From contig CATNEN010000039.1 in NCBI GenBank assembly GCA_950097015.1, positions 18,724,001-18,788,000 of the forward strand: a DNA stretch of 64,000 bases. The letters run 5' to 3'. Every line of letters begins with the position of its first letter. The first letter of the stretch is position 1. The notes below the pieces were generated by a model. The model had not been told where the DNA came from, did no database searches, and saw only the letters and a program-made list of their open reading frames with translations. The DNA comes from Macrostomum hystrix (Eukaryota; Animalia; Platyhelminthes). Below, one piece after another: positions 13,455 through 36,894 of the stretch. The position numbers and the translations under genes are program-made.

Positions 13455-13935
13455 TTCCTGCTGCGATTCTAGCCGTTGTCTTCTGCTGCGATTCTAGTTG
13501 GTGGGTTCTTGCTGCGATTCTAGCCGTTGTCTTCTGCTGCGATTCTAGTTGGTGGGTTCTTGCTGTGATTCTAGCCGTTGTCTTCTGCTGCGATTCTAGT
13601 TGGTGGGTTCTTGCTGCGATTCTAGCCGTTGTCTTCTGCTGCGATTCTAGTTGGTGGGTTCTTGCTGTGATTCTAGCCGTTGTCTTCTGCTGCGATTCTA
13701 GTTGGTGGGTTCTTGCTGCGATTCTAGCCGTTGTCTTCTGCTGCGATTCTAGTTGGTGGGTTCTTGCTGCGATTCTAGCCATTGTCTTCTGCTGCGATGA
13801 TGAGATGATGGTTGAGATGATGAGATGAAGGAAGAGATGATGGTTCTTGCTGCGATTCTAGCTGTCCGTTCTTGCTGCGATTCTAACTGGCGTTTCCTGC
13901 TGCGATTCCAGCTGTTGTCTTCAACTGCGATTCTA
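13455..13935. repeat. Minisatellite, 51 bp dimer of two TGCTGCGATTCTAG subunits
   Basis: About 6.5 clean copies plus a degenerate right edge. Confidence 0.95.
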
Positions 13936-14354
13936 TCTCTCTTTATCATTAGCTTGGAAAATCAATATTGACGAATTATTATTTTCTTGTCAAGACAGCT
14001 CTTGTCTCGAGTTCACGAAGCCGCGCCCTATTCTCATTTACCTGTCATTGCATCCTATCAGCCGATATTGGACAGTCGGTTGACAAATCAAGCGCCCTGA
14101 TGTTGGACATTGTTGAAGCCAATTAGCTAGTTGTCATGTGACTGCCTACTTATGATGGGTTATTAGCTTACTTACAAAACGGGCCCAAATGAGGATACCG
14201 GATGCAGCTGGGTGTAATTAAACGACAGTAAAAATCTGATCATTTTCTAATTTGGAGGCAAGGTGAAGGCCTGTTTTCAGAATTACGAGTATAATTGAAG
14301 ACGAGAAAAAATGACTGCTTAATTTCGAACGCATTTCTATTTACCTCGCGGGCC

Positions 14355-15670
14355 GAGATGAGACACGGGAGAGATGAGACACGGGAGAGATGAGACACGG
14401 GAGAGATGAGACACGGGAGAGATGAGACACGGGAGAGATGAGACACGGGAGAGATGAGACACGGGAGAGATGTGACACGGGAGGAAAGATGAGACACGGA
14501 AGAGATGAGACACGGGAGGAGAGTTGAGACACGGGAGGAGAGATGAGACACGGGAAAAGAGTTGAGACACGGAAGAGATGAGACACGGGAGGAGAGATGG
14601 GACACGGGAGGAGAGATGAGACACGGGAGGAGAGTTGAGACACGGAAGAGATGAGACACGGGAGGAGAGTTGAGACACGGGAGGAGAGTTGAGACACGGG
14701 AGGAGAGTTGAGACACGGGAGGAGAGATGAGACACGGGAGGAGAGTTAAGACACGGGAGGAGAGTTGAGACACGGAAGAGATGAGACACGGGAGGAGAGA
14801 TGAGACACGGGAGGAGAGTTGAGACACGGGAGGAGAGTTAAGACACGGGAGGAGAGTTGAGACACGGGAGGAGAGTTGAGACACGGGAGGAGAGTTGAGA
14901 CACGGAAGAGATGAGACACGGGAGGAGAGTTGAGACACGGGAGGAGAGATGAGACACGGGAGGAGAGTTGAGACACGGAAGAGATGAGACACGGGAGGAG
15001 ATATGAGACACGGGAGGAGAGTTGAGACACGGGAGGAGAGTTGAGACACGGAAGAGATGAGACACGGGAGGGGAGATGAGACACGGGAGGAGAGTTGAGA
15101 CACGGGAGGAGAGTTGAGACACGGGAGGAGAGATGAGACACGGGAGGAGAGATGAGACACGGAAGAGATGAGACACGGGAGGAGAGATGAGATATGGGAG
15201 GAGAGATGAGATACGGGAGGAGAGTTGAGACATGGAAGAGATGAGACACGGGAGGAGAGATGAGATATGGGAGGAGAGATGAGATACGGGAGGAGAGTTG
15301 AGACACGGGAGGAGAGTTGAGACACGGAAGAGATGAGACACGGGAGGAGAGTTGAGACACGGGAGGAGAGTTGAGACACGGAGGAGAGTTGAGACACGGA
15401 GGAGAGTTGAGACACGGGAGGAGAGATGAGACACGGGAGGAGAGTTGAGACACGGAGGAGAGTTGAGACACGGGAGGAGAGATGAGACACGGGAGGAGAG
15501 TTGAGACACGGAGGAGAGTTGAGACACGGGAGGAGAGATGAGACACGGGAGGAGAGTTGAGACACGGGAGAGATGAGACACGGGAGGAGAGTTGAGACAC
15601 GGAAGAGATGAGACACGGGAGGAGAGATGAGACACGGGAGGAGAGTTGAGACACGGAAGAGATGAGACAG
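14355..15670. repeat. Purine-rich minisatellite, 16-19 bp GAG(A/T)TGAGACACGGGA(GGA)
   Basis: About 70 copies of mixed length. Confidence 0.97.
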
Positions 15671-16111
15671 GTCATGTCGAGCCGGAGGGTCAGATGTTGC
15701 TGAATTTTGTCTCCACCGGTAATATGACTGGTATATTAAGTAATTTCTCTTTCAATAACTTTACCATCAATATTCTCGTATTATACACAAGCGAAGAGCA
15801 ATAAGTAGAAAGATAGTCCATTCCGTGTATGTCTCTCTTAGGAAAATAACAGCTGTTATAAGTCTATTAGAAAATATCGTTCGACTATAATGCGAATAGT
15901 GTACTACGAGTTCTATAAACAGTGTGTAAAATTTGAAAATAGAATAGTACAGTTGTAAATGTAGGGGTACCTACATAGTTGCGAACATCAGAACATATCA
16001 AATACATATCGATTTCTGGTCCTTGGGTGCCTTTGCATGCTAAAATCTAAACTACATTCTATAGAAATATTGTGACGTCGAATTAGAAGTCCGGCAGTTT
16101 CTTAGAATGAT

Positions 16112-19100
16112 TCAGTCTAGTTCAAATCGCGCCGTTTTATGACCATGCGAAGCCTCGCCAAGTAGCCAGTAAGTCCGCATCGGCCCTTTGCCCTGAGAGG
16201 TGTGAAAACGGGCAAAATTATGTACGTAGATTGGTTTTTAGAGGTGTGAATCGATGTGATAATAGGTGCTAAAATTTGGTTAAAAATGTGTGAAAATTGA
16301 GTAATTCGAGGTCTCAGAATGGCCTTTAAAGGTGCAAGGTGTAAAACTAGACCAAACTTCTAAAATGAAGAACAATGGCCCACTTTGACTTCAATTTCGC
16401 CTCTAGGCTTGATGACAAAGCCGCCGCATTCTTCTAGAAGCATCGCAGACGACTCACTGATGTGGATTCTAAAGGCTGAAAGTGAATTTTGCGATGAATC
16501 AAATTCTAGAGTTTCTGATTGGTTGGAAGGGTCGGTGGATGGTGTCTGATTGGTTGAGGGGTCGGTGGAGGCGTCCAATTGGTTGAAGGGTCGTTGGATG
16601 GCGTCTGATTGGTTGAGGGGTCGGTGGAGGTGTCCAATTGGTTGAAGGGTCGGTGGATGGTGTCTGATTGGTTGAGGGGTCTGTGGATGTGTCCAATTGG
16701 TTGAAGGGTCAGTGGTGTCTGATTGGTTGAGGGGTCGGTGGAGGTGTCCAATTGGTTGAAGGGTCGGTGGATGGTGTCTGATTGGTTGAGGGGTCGGTGG
16801 ATGTGTCCAATTGGTTGAAGGGTCAGTGGTGTCTGATTGGGTGAGGGGTCTGTGGAGGTCTCTTCTAATCGGACAACTGATTAGACTCACCTTCACCGTG
16901 AGATTTCATCCGCGATGCAGTGTTGACTGTGTCCCCAAATAGGCAGTAGCGCGGGCTCTTGCTACCGATCATGCCAGTGACGAGTGGTCCTGAACATCAG
17001 TCAGCATCAAAGAACAAAGGAGTGTATTGCATCATTTACGTGGGGTGATATCCATCGATTTTTTAAACCAATTAGTCGCCATCCATCGGCTCTTCAACCA
17101 ATCAGACACATCCATCTGCTCTTCAACCAATCAGACACATCCATCGGCTCTTCAACCAATCAGACACCATCGATAGACTCTTAAACCAATCAGACACATC
17201 CTTCGGCTCTTCAACCAATCAGACACCATCCATCGGCTCTTCAACCAAACAGACACCATCCATCGGCACTTCAACCAATCAGACACCATCCATCGGCACT
17301 TCAACCAATCAGACACCATCGATAGACTCTTTAACCAATCAGATTAGCATAAATCAGTTAATATTTTCATTGATTCTGGAAAAAAAATTCGTTCGCCAAA
17401 CCCGAATGGAATCCGATACGCAAGAAGATCTGCTCCTCGGGCAGGTGGGCCAACTCTAATTTCTTGGACGTGTCCATTAGGTCCAGACTCAGGCGAGCCA
17501 CCTGCTGGGCGTGCTGATTACCATTGAGTCTGGGTACTCCGCTCACTAGCATGTAAGTGTCGGAGATGGTCTCCACTTTATAGGCATCGTAGTTATCGAT
17601 TCGTCGGTCAAAAGCGCTGATCGACCAAGTAAGAAAAACGAAATTTTCCGGTGTTAAACTATTTAAACAAATAAAAATGTCCAAGATGGCAAACACTATA
17701 AACACCACTAACCTGTAGATAGTATTGAGCATCTGGAACACCTCAATAGGCCTACTCTTCTTAACCAGATCTTCAAAGTTCTCAACGCCGCTAAAGAAAA
17801 CTGTGCTCATTTCGAACCTGCTGGCTTCTGGCACAATGCCTCGTTTGAGTTCGTTGACAACTTCGAATGGAAGAATGTTATAGATGATTGCGTCAGCTCG
17901 TTTCTGAAGTGTGCGACAATCGGTGTACAATGGCTATGAGTTGCTTATATCAGAAAATTCATTGCACTCACTTTCTCCTCAGCTGTTTCAGCTTTTTTCG
18001 TCACAATGAGCCTAGCCAGATCAGTGATGCTGAGCACGGTGTCCGCAATCTTGTGACTGTACCAGTACCCGATGCCGAGGCAAAGCAGCATGAGTGCCAG
18101 CACTAGAAATCCGAAGCCGATTGTGTATGATGTAAAATCGATATTCTCCGAGTGGACTCGATCACTTAGCTGGGTCTCCAGTGCCTGGTGAAATTCACGA
18201 ACCCGGACCCAATGGTCTATGCTGAGGTATTCCCATAGCTCCGCTAAGTTTCTTCGCTCCAAGCTGGTGGCATTGGCGCAACGATCAAGCGACCGGGTCA
18301 TGATCTCCTCGTTCAAGGTCAGCCAGAGCGACGCCTGGCTATTGGGTGCACTTCTGTTCAATTGTTTGGCGAAGAACTCGCTGACAGGTAGGTAGGCCCG
18401 GCCGCTGTTGTCCCGTAGGTCGGCTATGCCGCCGTAAAGGCGAACGAACCAAGCCCAGTGAGGCCAGGCCCTTGAGCAGGCGGTGAAGTACGCGTAGCCC
18501 AGGCCGGCGGCGAGGGCAACATAGTCGGCGTACATCAGCAGCATCCGATCAGCGTGAAGGCCAGCCCAGAGTGCCCTCTCTGACACGAATAGATTAACAG
18601 GACTGGCCAGCTGGTATTGAAGCATTAGTCCGATGCTAAAAATTTGTTGAATATTTTCTGCCCAAGCTTCGGCCAAGGGTACACTGAGGGTGGCATTTGC
18701 TTTCGCGGAGGCTGGGGCAAGTTCAAAGCTGCGCCACTGGCTGGTCGAGTTAATCAGCAATGCTTTGGCCCAGTCTGCCAGGTTTGCGCTGTACATGGCG
18801 TCAACTCGAGCCCTGGCAGTCTGCAACTGAAGACGCGCACTACGGTCATCGGGACTGACCGAGGCAACCATAGTCCAGACACCCTCCGTCATTAGGTCGA
18901 AGATGAGCCTGTCCAATTGGTTCTTGGAGTTCAAGTAGGCATCAATACTGACGCCACGGATCAAGGATCGGGCGGAAAAGTAGATCTCGGAGCTGGCGAA
19001 GCCGACAGCCAAGGCAAGTGGCAGGGCCAGTATGACGATCATCCGCAGCCTGTAGTACCAGCTGCCGCGTTGCTCCTCGCGAATCAGGAAGTCCTCGATC

Positions 19101-19981
19101 AGTCTCGACGATCGCGATCCTCTGGCATTGTTGGCGGCAGTGGCACTGACTTCGCTGGCAACGTCACTCGCTTCTGACGCCATGCTGCTCATGGCGAGGC
19201 TCTGACGGCGCCCTGTTTCCGCTTCATTGGGAACGTCTGGCAAATAATTGGAGGCACAATCGACAAGAATTGCAGATACAATCGACAAGAATTGGAGGCA
19301 CAATCGACAAGAATTGCAGACACAATCGACAAGAATTGGAGGCACAATCGGCAAGAATTGCAGATACAATCGACAAGAATTGCAGATACAATCGACAAGA
19401 ATTGGAGGCACAATCGACAAGAATTGGAGGCACAATCGACAAGAATTGGAGGCACAACCGACAAGAATTGGAGACACAACCGACAAGAATTGGAGGCACA
19501 ACCGACAAGAATTGAAGGCACAATCGACAAGAATTGGAGGCACAACCGACAAGAATTGGAGGCACAACCGACAAGTATTGGAGACACAACCGACAAGAAT
19601 TGGAGGCACAATCGACAAGAATTGGAGGCACAACCGACAAGAATTGGAGGCACAACCGACAAGTATTGGAGACACAACCGACAAGTATTGGAGACACAAC
19701 CGACAAGTATTGGAGACACAACCGACAAGTATTGGAGGCACAACCGACAAGAATTGCAGACACAATCGACAAGAATTGGAGGCACATTCGACAAGAATTT
19801 CAAGCACAACCGACAAGCATTAGAGACACAACGGACAATAATTGGAGGCAGAACCGACAAGAATTGCAGACACAATCGACAAGAATTGAAGACACAATCG
19901 ACAAGAGTTCTACGAAAAAGTTGCAAGAACTGGACGATTCACCAACAAGAACTTACCTCTGACAGCATTCCGTTTGCCCAT
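16112..19981 (-). CDS. Membrane guanylyl cyclase-like protein: two TM helices flanking a NIT-like domain, no kinase-homology domain, about 655 aa
   Basis: Exons 19981-19957, 19236-17972, 17903-17713, 17616-17402, 16989-16891, 16475-16384, 16192-16112; all GT-AG and phase-consistent (1968 nt). Motifs: [82 protein letters not shown]. The first exon and start codon are less certain. Confidence 0.9.
16512..16858. repeat. Minisatellite, 29-30 bp ATTGGTTGAAGGGTCGGTGGATGGTGTCTG (cyclase intron 5)
   Basis: About 12 units; inverted relative to 17053-17345. Confidence 0.95.
17053..17345. repeat. Minisatellite, 29-30 bp CAGACACCATCCATCGGCTCTTCAACCAAT (cyclase intron 4)
   Basis: About 10 units; 27/30 identical to the reverse complement of the 16.5-kb unit. 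Confidence 0.95.
19245..19910. repeat. Minisatellite, 22 bp GGAGGCACAA(T/C)CGACAAGAATT (cyclase intron 1)
   Basis: About 30 copies filling almost the whole intron. Confidence 0.97.
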
Positions 19982-20842
19982 GTCACAGGGTTGTGGATGA
20001 TACCTTGTCAAAATTCAGATGATTTTATGATGATCTCATACGTCGCCGGACTATTCGGAAAAACTTTATAGGCGCCATTTGAATATATACAGGCACCTGC
20101 AAATTAAAATCACTATGCCCGACTTGTCTCAAATTAAGAAGACACAAAGTGACGCAATGCTAAGCGCGTTTATCAAATTCGATGAAGCATACAAAAGTAA
20201 TAACAACAAACAAAAGAATAATAAGGATGAATTTCATGGAATGACAGCTTTTTTGCTCATTCTGAAGCATATGACCATGATTTCCGAATTGATCACTTTG
20301 ACACATTTTGCAAAACTTGTGATTGAAAAGACTAATTATTAATACAAGTCGATTCAAAGCGTAAATTAGTACTCGGCATTGATGCGAACAATGATTCACA
20401 TGCTCACACTCATTCACCTGAAATGGGGAATAGCGCTCGAAAAACCTTTTCGCATTTTTTCCAAGTCATTATCTCTCACCAACACTTCGTGCATTTTGGG
20501 ACAGCTGCGGAGTGTGTAAAAACAGCAAATTTTCTCTTATTTCTTTATTTAGATTGTATAGCAGCTATAGTAGATGATTTCGTTGGACAACAAAAAAGCA
20601 AAATGAACTTGTAATGCACACCTGCAAGTACCAGCAGTACCTAAAAACTATAATGTTATCAATTAAAAAATGTACATAATTTATGCACTCCCTACAGGAA
20701 ATTATATCACCTGCGTATGTGTTGTACTGCAAAGACGAACGGTGCTAAACTATGTTTTCGAATCAAATAATTTTATGTCTGGTGTATAAAGATCGACACG
20801 TAACAAATTAAAGCATGATATTTACAGTACATGTTTTCATTC

Positions 20843-21269
20843 CCCTGTAAAAAAATCGGCTGCTTAATTCTTCGGTGGGTTTTTTGTGCAAAATAGGAGT
20901 GGAATCTACCAAAATCCCCCTATCTCGCAAGAGTTAAAGAAACCACCCAGGAAGCAGCCGATGTAACCGTAAATTGTGCGGAAACCGCCGAAGAATCACC
21001 CGAACCAGTGGCCCATGGGACAACCAGAGAATTATTTACGGGCGATTCCTCGGCGGCTTCTGAGCATGGAATCTTCCGAACTGGAGGATTCTTTGGGTGA
21101 TTCCATTTCGCCACCAAGAATTAAGCACCGAGAAAACGCCCAGTTGGGTAGATTCTAAGCATAGAATCATTCGATTGGTATGTTTCCAGCGTTCGGCTGT
21201 TTCTTTTTCTGGAAACACCGCAGATTCCAACTGGAATCACCCAAAGAAACATCCTTATTTTTTAGCGGG
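20843..21269. mobile_element. Non-autonomous TIR (foldback) element, CMC/EnSpm-like
   Basis: Left end CCCTGTAAAAAAATCGGCTG; right end (rc) CCCGCTAAAAAATAAGGATG; 2-bp TC flanks on both sides; several internal inverted repeats. Confidence 0.65.
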
Positions 21270-22183
21270 TCAGGACTCAAGGTGTTTTATATTTTTGGCT
21301 CACGCAGTCGCGATTAGGGCCTACAACCGTCATACGGGGCTAAATGTAACTATTAACAATTGGGGGCATGCAAATGGTTAGTTAAGTGGTACCCATGTAA
21401 AAGACCTTGCATTTAATTGTATGCGATGCGTTTATTAATTGACCTAAACGTAATCTGTAACGATCAGAAATTTCATATATTGATCGATGAACAAAGACTG
21501 CAATTCACCACGAAAAATATCTTGTCAGCTGTGTCATGATTTTTGAAGCACATTCGACTTGCCCTTCACCAATCAAAAGCACATTCTCGCGAAAGTGAAT
21601 TCAAAAAGGCTAAAAACTATAGTATTTATACTTCTATTTTTAAATTAAGTTCAACATTTGAAAAAAAATTATTAGTTACAGCTAAATAGGCCAAAAAGTG
21701 ATCCATCAGATTTTTATCTTGGATTCTTTGCTTGTACTCGCTCCTTTCTCTTTATTTCTTTAACAGGCCTAACACTAGCATGAATAAGTTGGATAGTTTT
21801 AATTAAACGCCTTAAGAAATACTGTACGGTTTGATTTAGCAAAGTATTTTACGATTTAAAAAATATGACTTTAATGTTTTTGTATTTACTGTTTTACGTC
21901 GCAAGTGATACACCAATCAGACAAATTACCTATTGTTTACTTGGTATCCCCGATTAACAGAGTCAATGCACGCCGTTTCAAAATCTTTTCTTTTCAACTC
22001 GGTCATAAGTTAAAGTATATTTGCTGAATTTGCTCACTTGGCAACAAATTACTAAATAACAATTATAGTGGGACAAAAGATCGACAGAAACATATCAAAT
22101 TGTGTAGTTCATTATAAAAAATAAAGGACGGGTTTTGTCAAACTTTGAAGGCATTTGATTCTGATTTTTATCATAATCCTTTA

Positions 22184-22193
22184 GTCACGTGAC
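22184..22193. promoter_or_regulatory. Palindromic E-box GTCACGTGAC (USF/TFE-type) upstream of CDC5L
   Basis: Perfect 10-bp palindrome about 340 nt upstream of the ATG, just before a candidate 5' UTR exon (cag|gtagaa near 22236; acceptor at 22502). Confidence 0.45.
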
Positions 22194-22526
22194 GAAGGCG
22201 GCAACGTACAAGTACAGGTACCACGAGGTCGGACAGGTAGAAAATACGTGTTCAAACGCTTATTTAAATACGATAGTTACTCGGTAAAACACATTTAAGA
22301 TTAAATACTAGATTATACGTAAAACAGTATCTCCAATAACAACTGCGAATACAATAATATATATACAAATATTTAATATAAAATACGAAATACATAAGAT
22401 AATAGTTGGCATAACGTAATTTGATCGTTAAGTTAAGATAACTTATTTTACTGAAAGTCTAAAACACTAAGCTTACATATATATCGTCACAGTCATTTTC
22501 AGATATTTTTATTAGTTGTCTACACG

Positions 22527-33383
<10,857 letters not shown>

Positions 33384-33514
33384 ATTCCGGCCGCGCAGGA
33401 TTAGAACTCGTTTTTTAATGCTTTTTGCTGTTTAATTACTAGTAGTAGTCCGGTATTTCGATGGTCTGATTGCCTGACCCGACCATGATGGATGTCCCCT
33501 ATGGTCGTTAATCG

Positions 33515-34385
33515 TGATCCCTAAATATTTATAAACTTATCCCAAACTGTGACCATGATCCCAAATTATAGTTATAAACTTGATCCCAAATTATACTTAT
33601 AAACTTGATCCCCAATTATACTTATAAACTTGATCCCTAATTATACTTATAAACTTGATCCCTAATTATACTTATAAACTTGATCCCAAATTATACTTAT
33701 AAACTTGATCCCAAATTATTGTTATAAACTTGGTCCCAAATTATAGTTATAAACTTGATCCCAAATTATACTTATAAACTTGATCCCAAATTATAGTTAT
33801 AAAATTGATCCCAAATTATACTTATAAACTTGATCCCAAATTATACTTATAAACTTGATCCCTAATTATACTTATAAACTTGATCCCTAATTATACTTAT
33901 AAACTTGATCCCTAATTATACTTATAAACTTGATCCCTAATTATACTTATAAACATGATCCCAAATTATACTTATGAACTTGATCCCAAATTATAGTTAT
34001 AAACTTGATCCCAAATTATAGTTATAAACTTGATCCCAAATTATACTTATAAACTTGATCCCAAATTATAGTTATAAACTTGATCCCAAATTATAGTTAT
34101 AAACTTGATCCCAAATTATTGTTATAAACTTGATCCCAAATTATAGTTATAAACTTGGTCCCAAATTATTGTTATAAACTTGATCCCAAATTATAGTTAT
34201 AAACTTGGTCCCAAATTATTGTTATAAACTTGATCCCAAATTATTGTTATAAACTTGATCCCAAATTATAGTTATAAACTTGATCCCAAATTATAGTTAT
34301 AAACTTGATCCCAAATTATTGTTATAAACTTGATCCCAAATTATAGTTATAAACTTGATCCCAAATTATAGTTACAAAATGAATC
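33515..34385. repeat. Minisatellite, 25 bp TTGATCCCAAATTATA(C/G)TTATAAAC
   Basis: About 34 copies starting about 130 nt after the CDC5L stop. Confidence 0.97.
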
Positions 34386-34674
34386 CCTAACATTCAGAAA
34401 CTTAATCTTTGTCGATTATAAAAAATTGTAGACTTGTAGTTTGCCACATTTAACAATAACAGTTTTTGTCGGAATGACCATCTTCTTGTTATTGTAAATA
34501 TATATTATAGTGTACTTAACCTATTGTAGGCAATCTAAAATATAACACATAATTTGACAACACTAAATTTGATTACCCTGTCAAAAACCGGTGTGTCTGT
34601 TTTAAATTTGATCTGGACTACAATGTGTTAAATAGTTTCATTTCATTAGTTTCATTAATTAATCTAAATCCCAT

Positions 34675-36365
34675 GCCATTCTCACACCTCAATGAAATAG
34701 TTTTCTTAAATCCTTCCTACGCCTCATCAATCCGTTTCTCACACCATTCTCACACATCATCAATCCGTTTCTCAAACCATTCTCACACATCATCAATCCG
34801 TTTCTCACACCATTCTCACACATCATTGATCCGTTTCTCACACCATTCTCACACATCATCAATCCGTTTCTCACACCATTCTCACACATCATCAATCCGT
34901 TTCTCACACCATTCTCACACATCATTGATCCGTTTCTCACACCATTCTCACACATCATCAATCCGTTTCTCACACCATTCTCACACATCATCAATCCGTT
35001 TCTCACACAATTCTCACACCTCATCAATCCGTTTCTCACACCATTCTCACACCCCATCAATCCGTTTCACACACCATTCTCACACATCATCAATCCGTTT
35101 CTCACACACCATTCTCACACCCTATCAATCCGTTTCTCACACCATTCTCACACCCCATCAATCCGTTTCTCACTGCACCATTCTCACACATCATCAATCC
35201 GTTTCTCACACCATTCTCACCCCATCAATCCGTTTCTCACACCATTCTCACACCCCATCAATCCGTTTCTCACACCATTATCACACCCCATCAATCCGTT
35301 TCTCACACCATTCTCACACCCCATCAATCCGTTTCACACACCATTCTCACACATCATCAATCCGTTTCTCACACCATTCTCACACCCCATCAATCCGTTT
35401 CTCACACCATTCTCACACCCCATCAATCCGTTTCTCACACCATTCTCACACATCATCAATCCGTTTCTCACACCATTCTCACACCCCATCAATCCGTTTC
35501 TCACACCATTCTCACACCCCCTCAATCCGTTTCTCACACCATTCTCACACCCCATCAATCCGTTTCTTACATCATTCTCACGCACCATTCTCATACCTCA
35601 TCAATCCGTTTCTCACATCATTCTCACACACCATTCTCATACCTCATCAATCCTTTTCTCACATCATTCTCACACCTCAAATCAATCCTATTCTCACGCC
35701 ATTCTTACACCTCAAATCATTTAAATTCTTACGTCATTCTCACACCTCAAATCATTTCAATTCTCACGTCATTCTCACACCTTATATCAACCCGTTTCTC
35801 ACCCACACCTCATATCAATCCTATTCTCACATCATACTCACATCTCATATCAACCAGTTTCTCACCCACACCTCATATCAATCCTATTCTCACATCATAC
35901 TCACATCTCATATCAACCAGTTTCTCACCCACACCTCATATCAATCCTATTCTCACATCATACTCACATCTCATATCAACCAGTTTCTCACCCACACCTC
36001 ATATCAATCCTATTCTCACATCATACTCACATCTCATATCAACCAGTTTCTCACCCACACCTCATATCAACCAGTTTCTCACCCGCACCTCATATCAATC
36101 CTATTCTCACATCATACTCACATCTCATATCAACCAGTTTCTCACCCGCACCTCATATCAATCCTATTCTCACATCATACTCACATCTCATATCAACCAG
36201 TTTCTCACCCGCACCTCATATCAATCCTATTCTCACATCATACTCACATCTCATATCAACCAGTTTCTCACCCACACCTCATATCAATCCTATTCTCACA
36301 TCATACTCACACCTCATATCAACCAGTTTCTCACCCACACCTCATATCAATCCAATTCTCACCCT
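34675..36365. repeat. Compound minisatellite: 33 bp TCAATCCGTTTCTCACACCATTCTCACACATCA grading into a related 63-bp unit
   Basis: Transition zone around 35600-35790; explains the spurious 593-aa ORF. Confidence 0.95.
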
Positions 36366-36894
36366 CAGCGCTTCTTAAGACGGTGGAATTAATCGGTGGA
36401 ATCTAAATAGGAGGAAATCTCCTTAGATTTTAGGAACAAATTCTGGACCATCATACTTAGCTATGACTGGTCACGTTTAGTTCGGTCGAGTGTCCGTATA
36501 TATACTATATATAACAGGCCTAAAATCTAGTATTGAGTCATTGGCATGCACAATGGGTTGGGTTGTTAAAAGAAAAACTGGGTTGATAGTGAGATTTGTG
36601 CGTGCCATTGAATACAAAATTTGGCATCAAATCGCATGCACTCATTCATGGATTCCCAAAATGTGTTCGAAGCTTTCTAATAGTAGATCTGCACGCTCTG
36701 CAGACTGGTAAATTAACCTAAGCACACGTGCCACGCACGGCATCCGTATTTGTTTTTCTACTCGCATATTAGGTTGGTGAAGGTTCATTGCGCACGCGTT
36801 AAACGCGTGTTGCAGACTTCGTGATTTTCATATCAAATGGAATTTGATTTGCAATTCTAGGACTAGACAAGGCCAGACTGGGTGGGATACAGAA

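Noticed and set aside
14240-15675. Overlapping 118-458-aa ORFs
   Set aside because: Satellite-derived.
19237-19816. Cys-rich N-terminal extension of the 623-aa cyclase ORF
   Set aside because: It is the intronic 22-bp array; an acceptor at 19237 and a donor at 19956 exclude it.
34625-36406. 593-aa His/Ser-rich ORF
   Set aside because: Tandem-repeat artefact.
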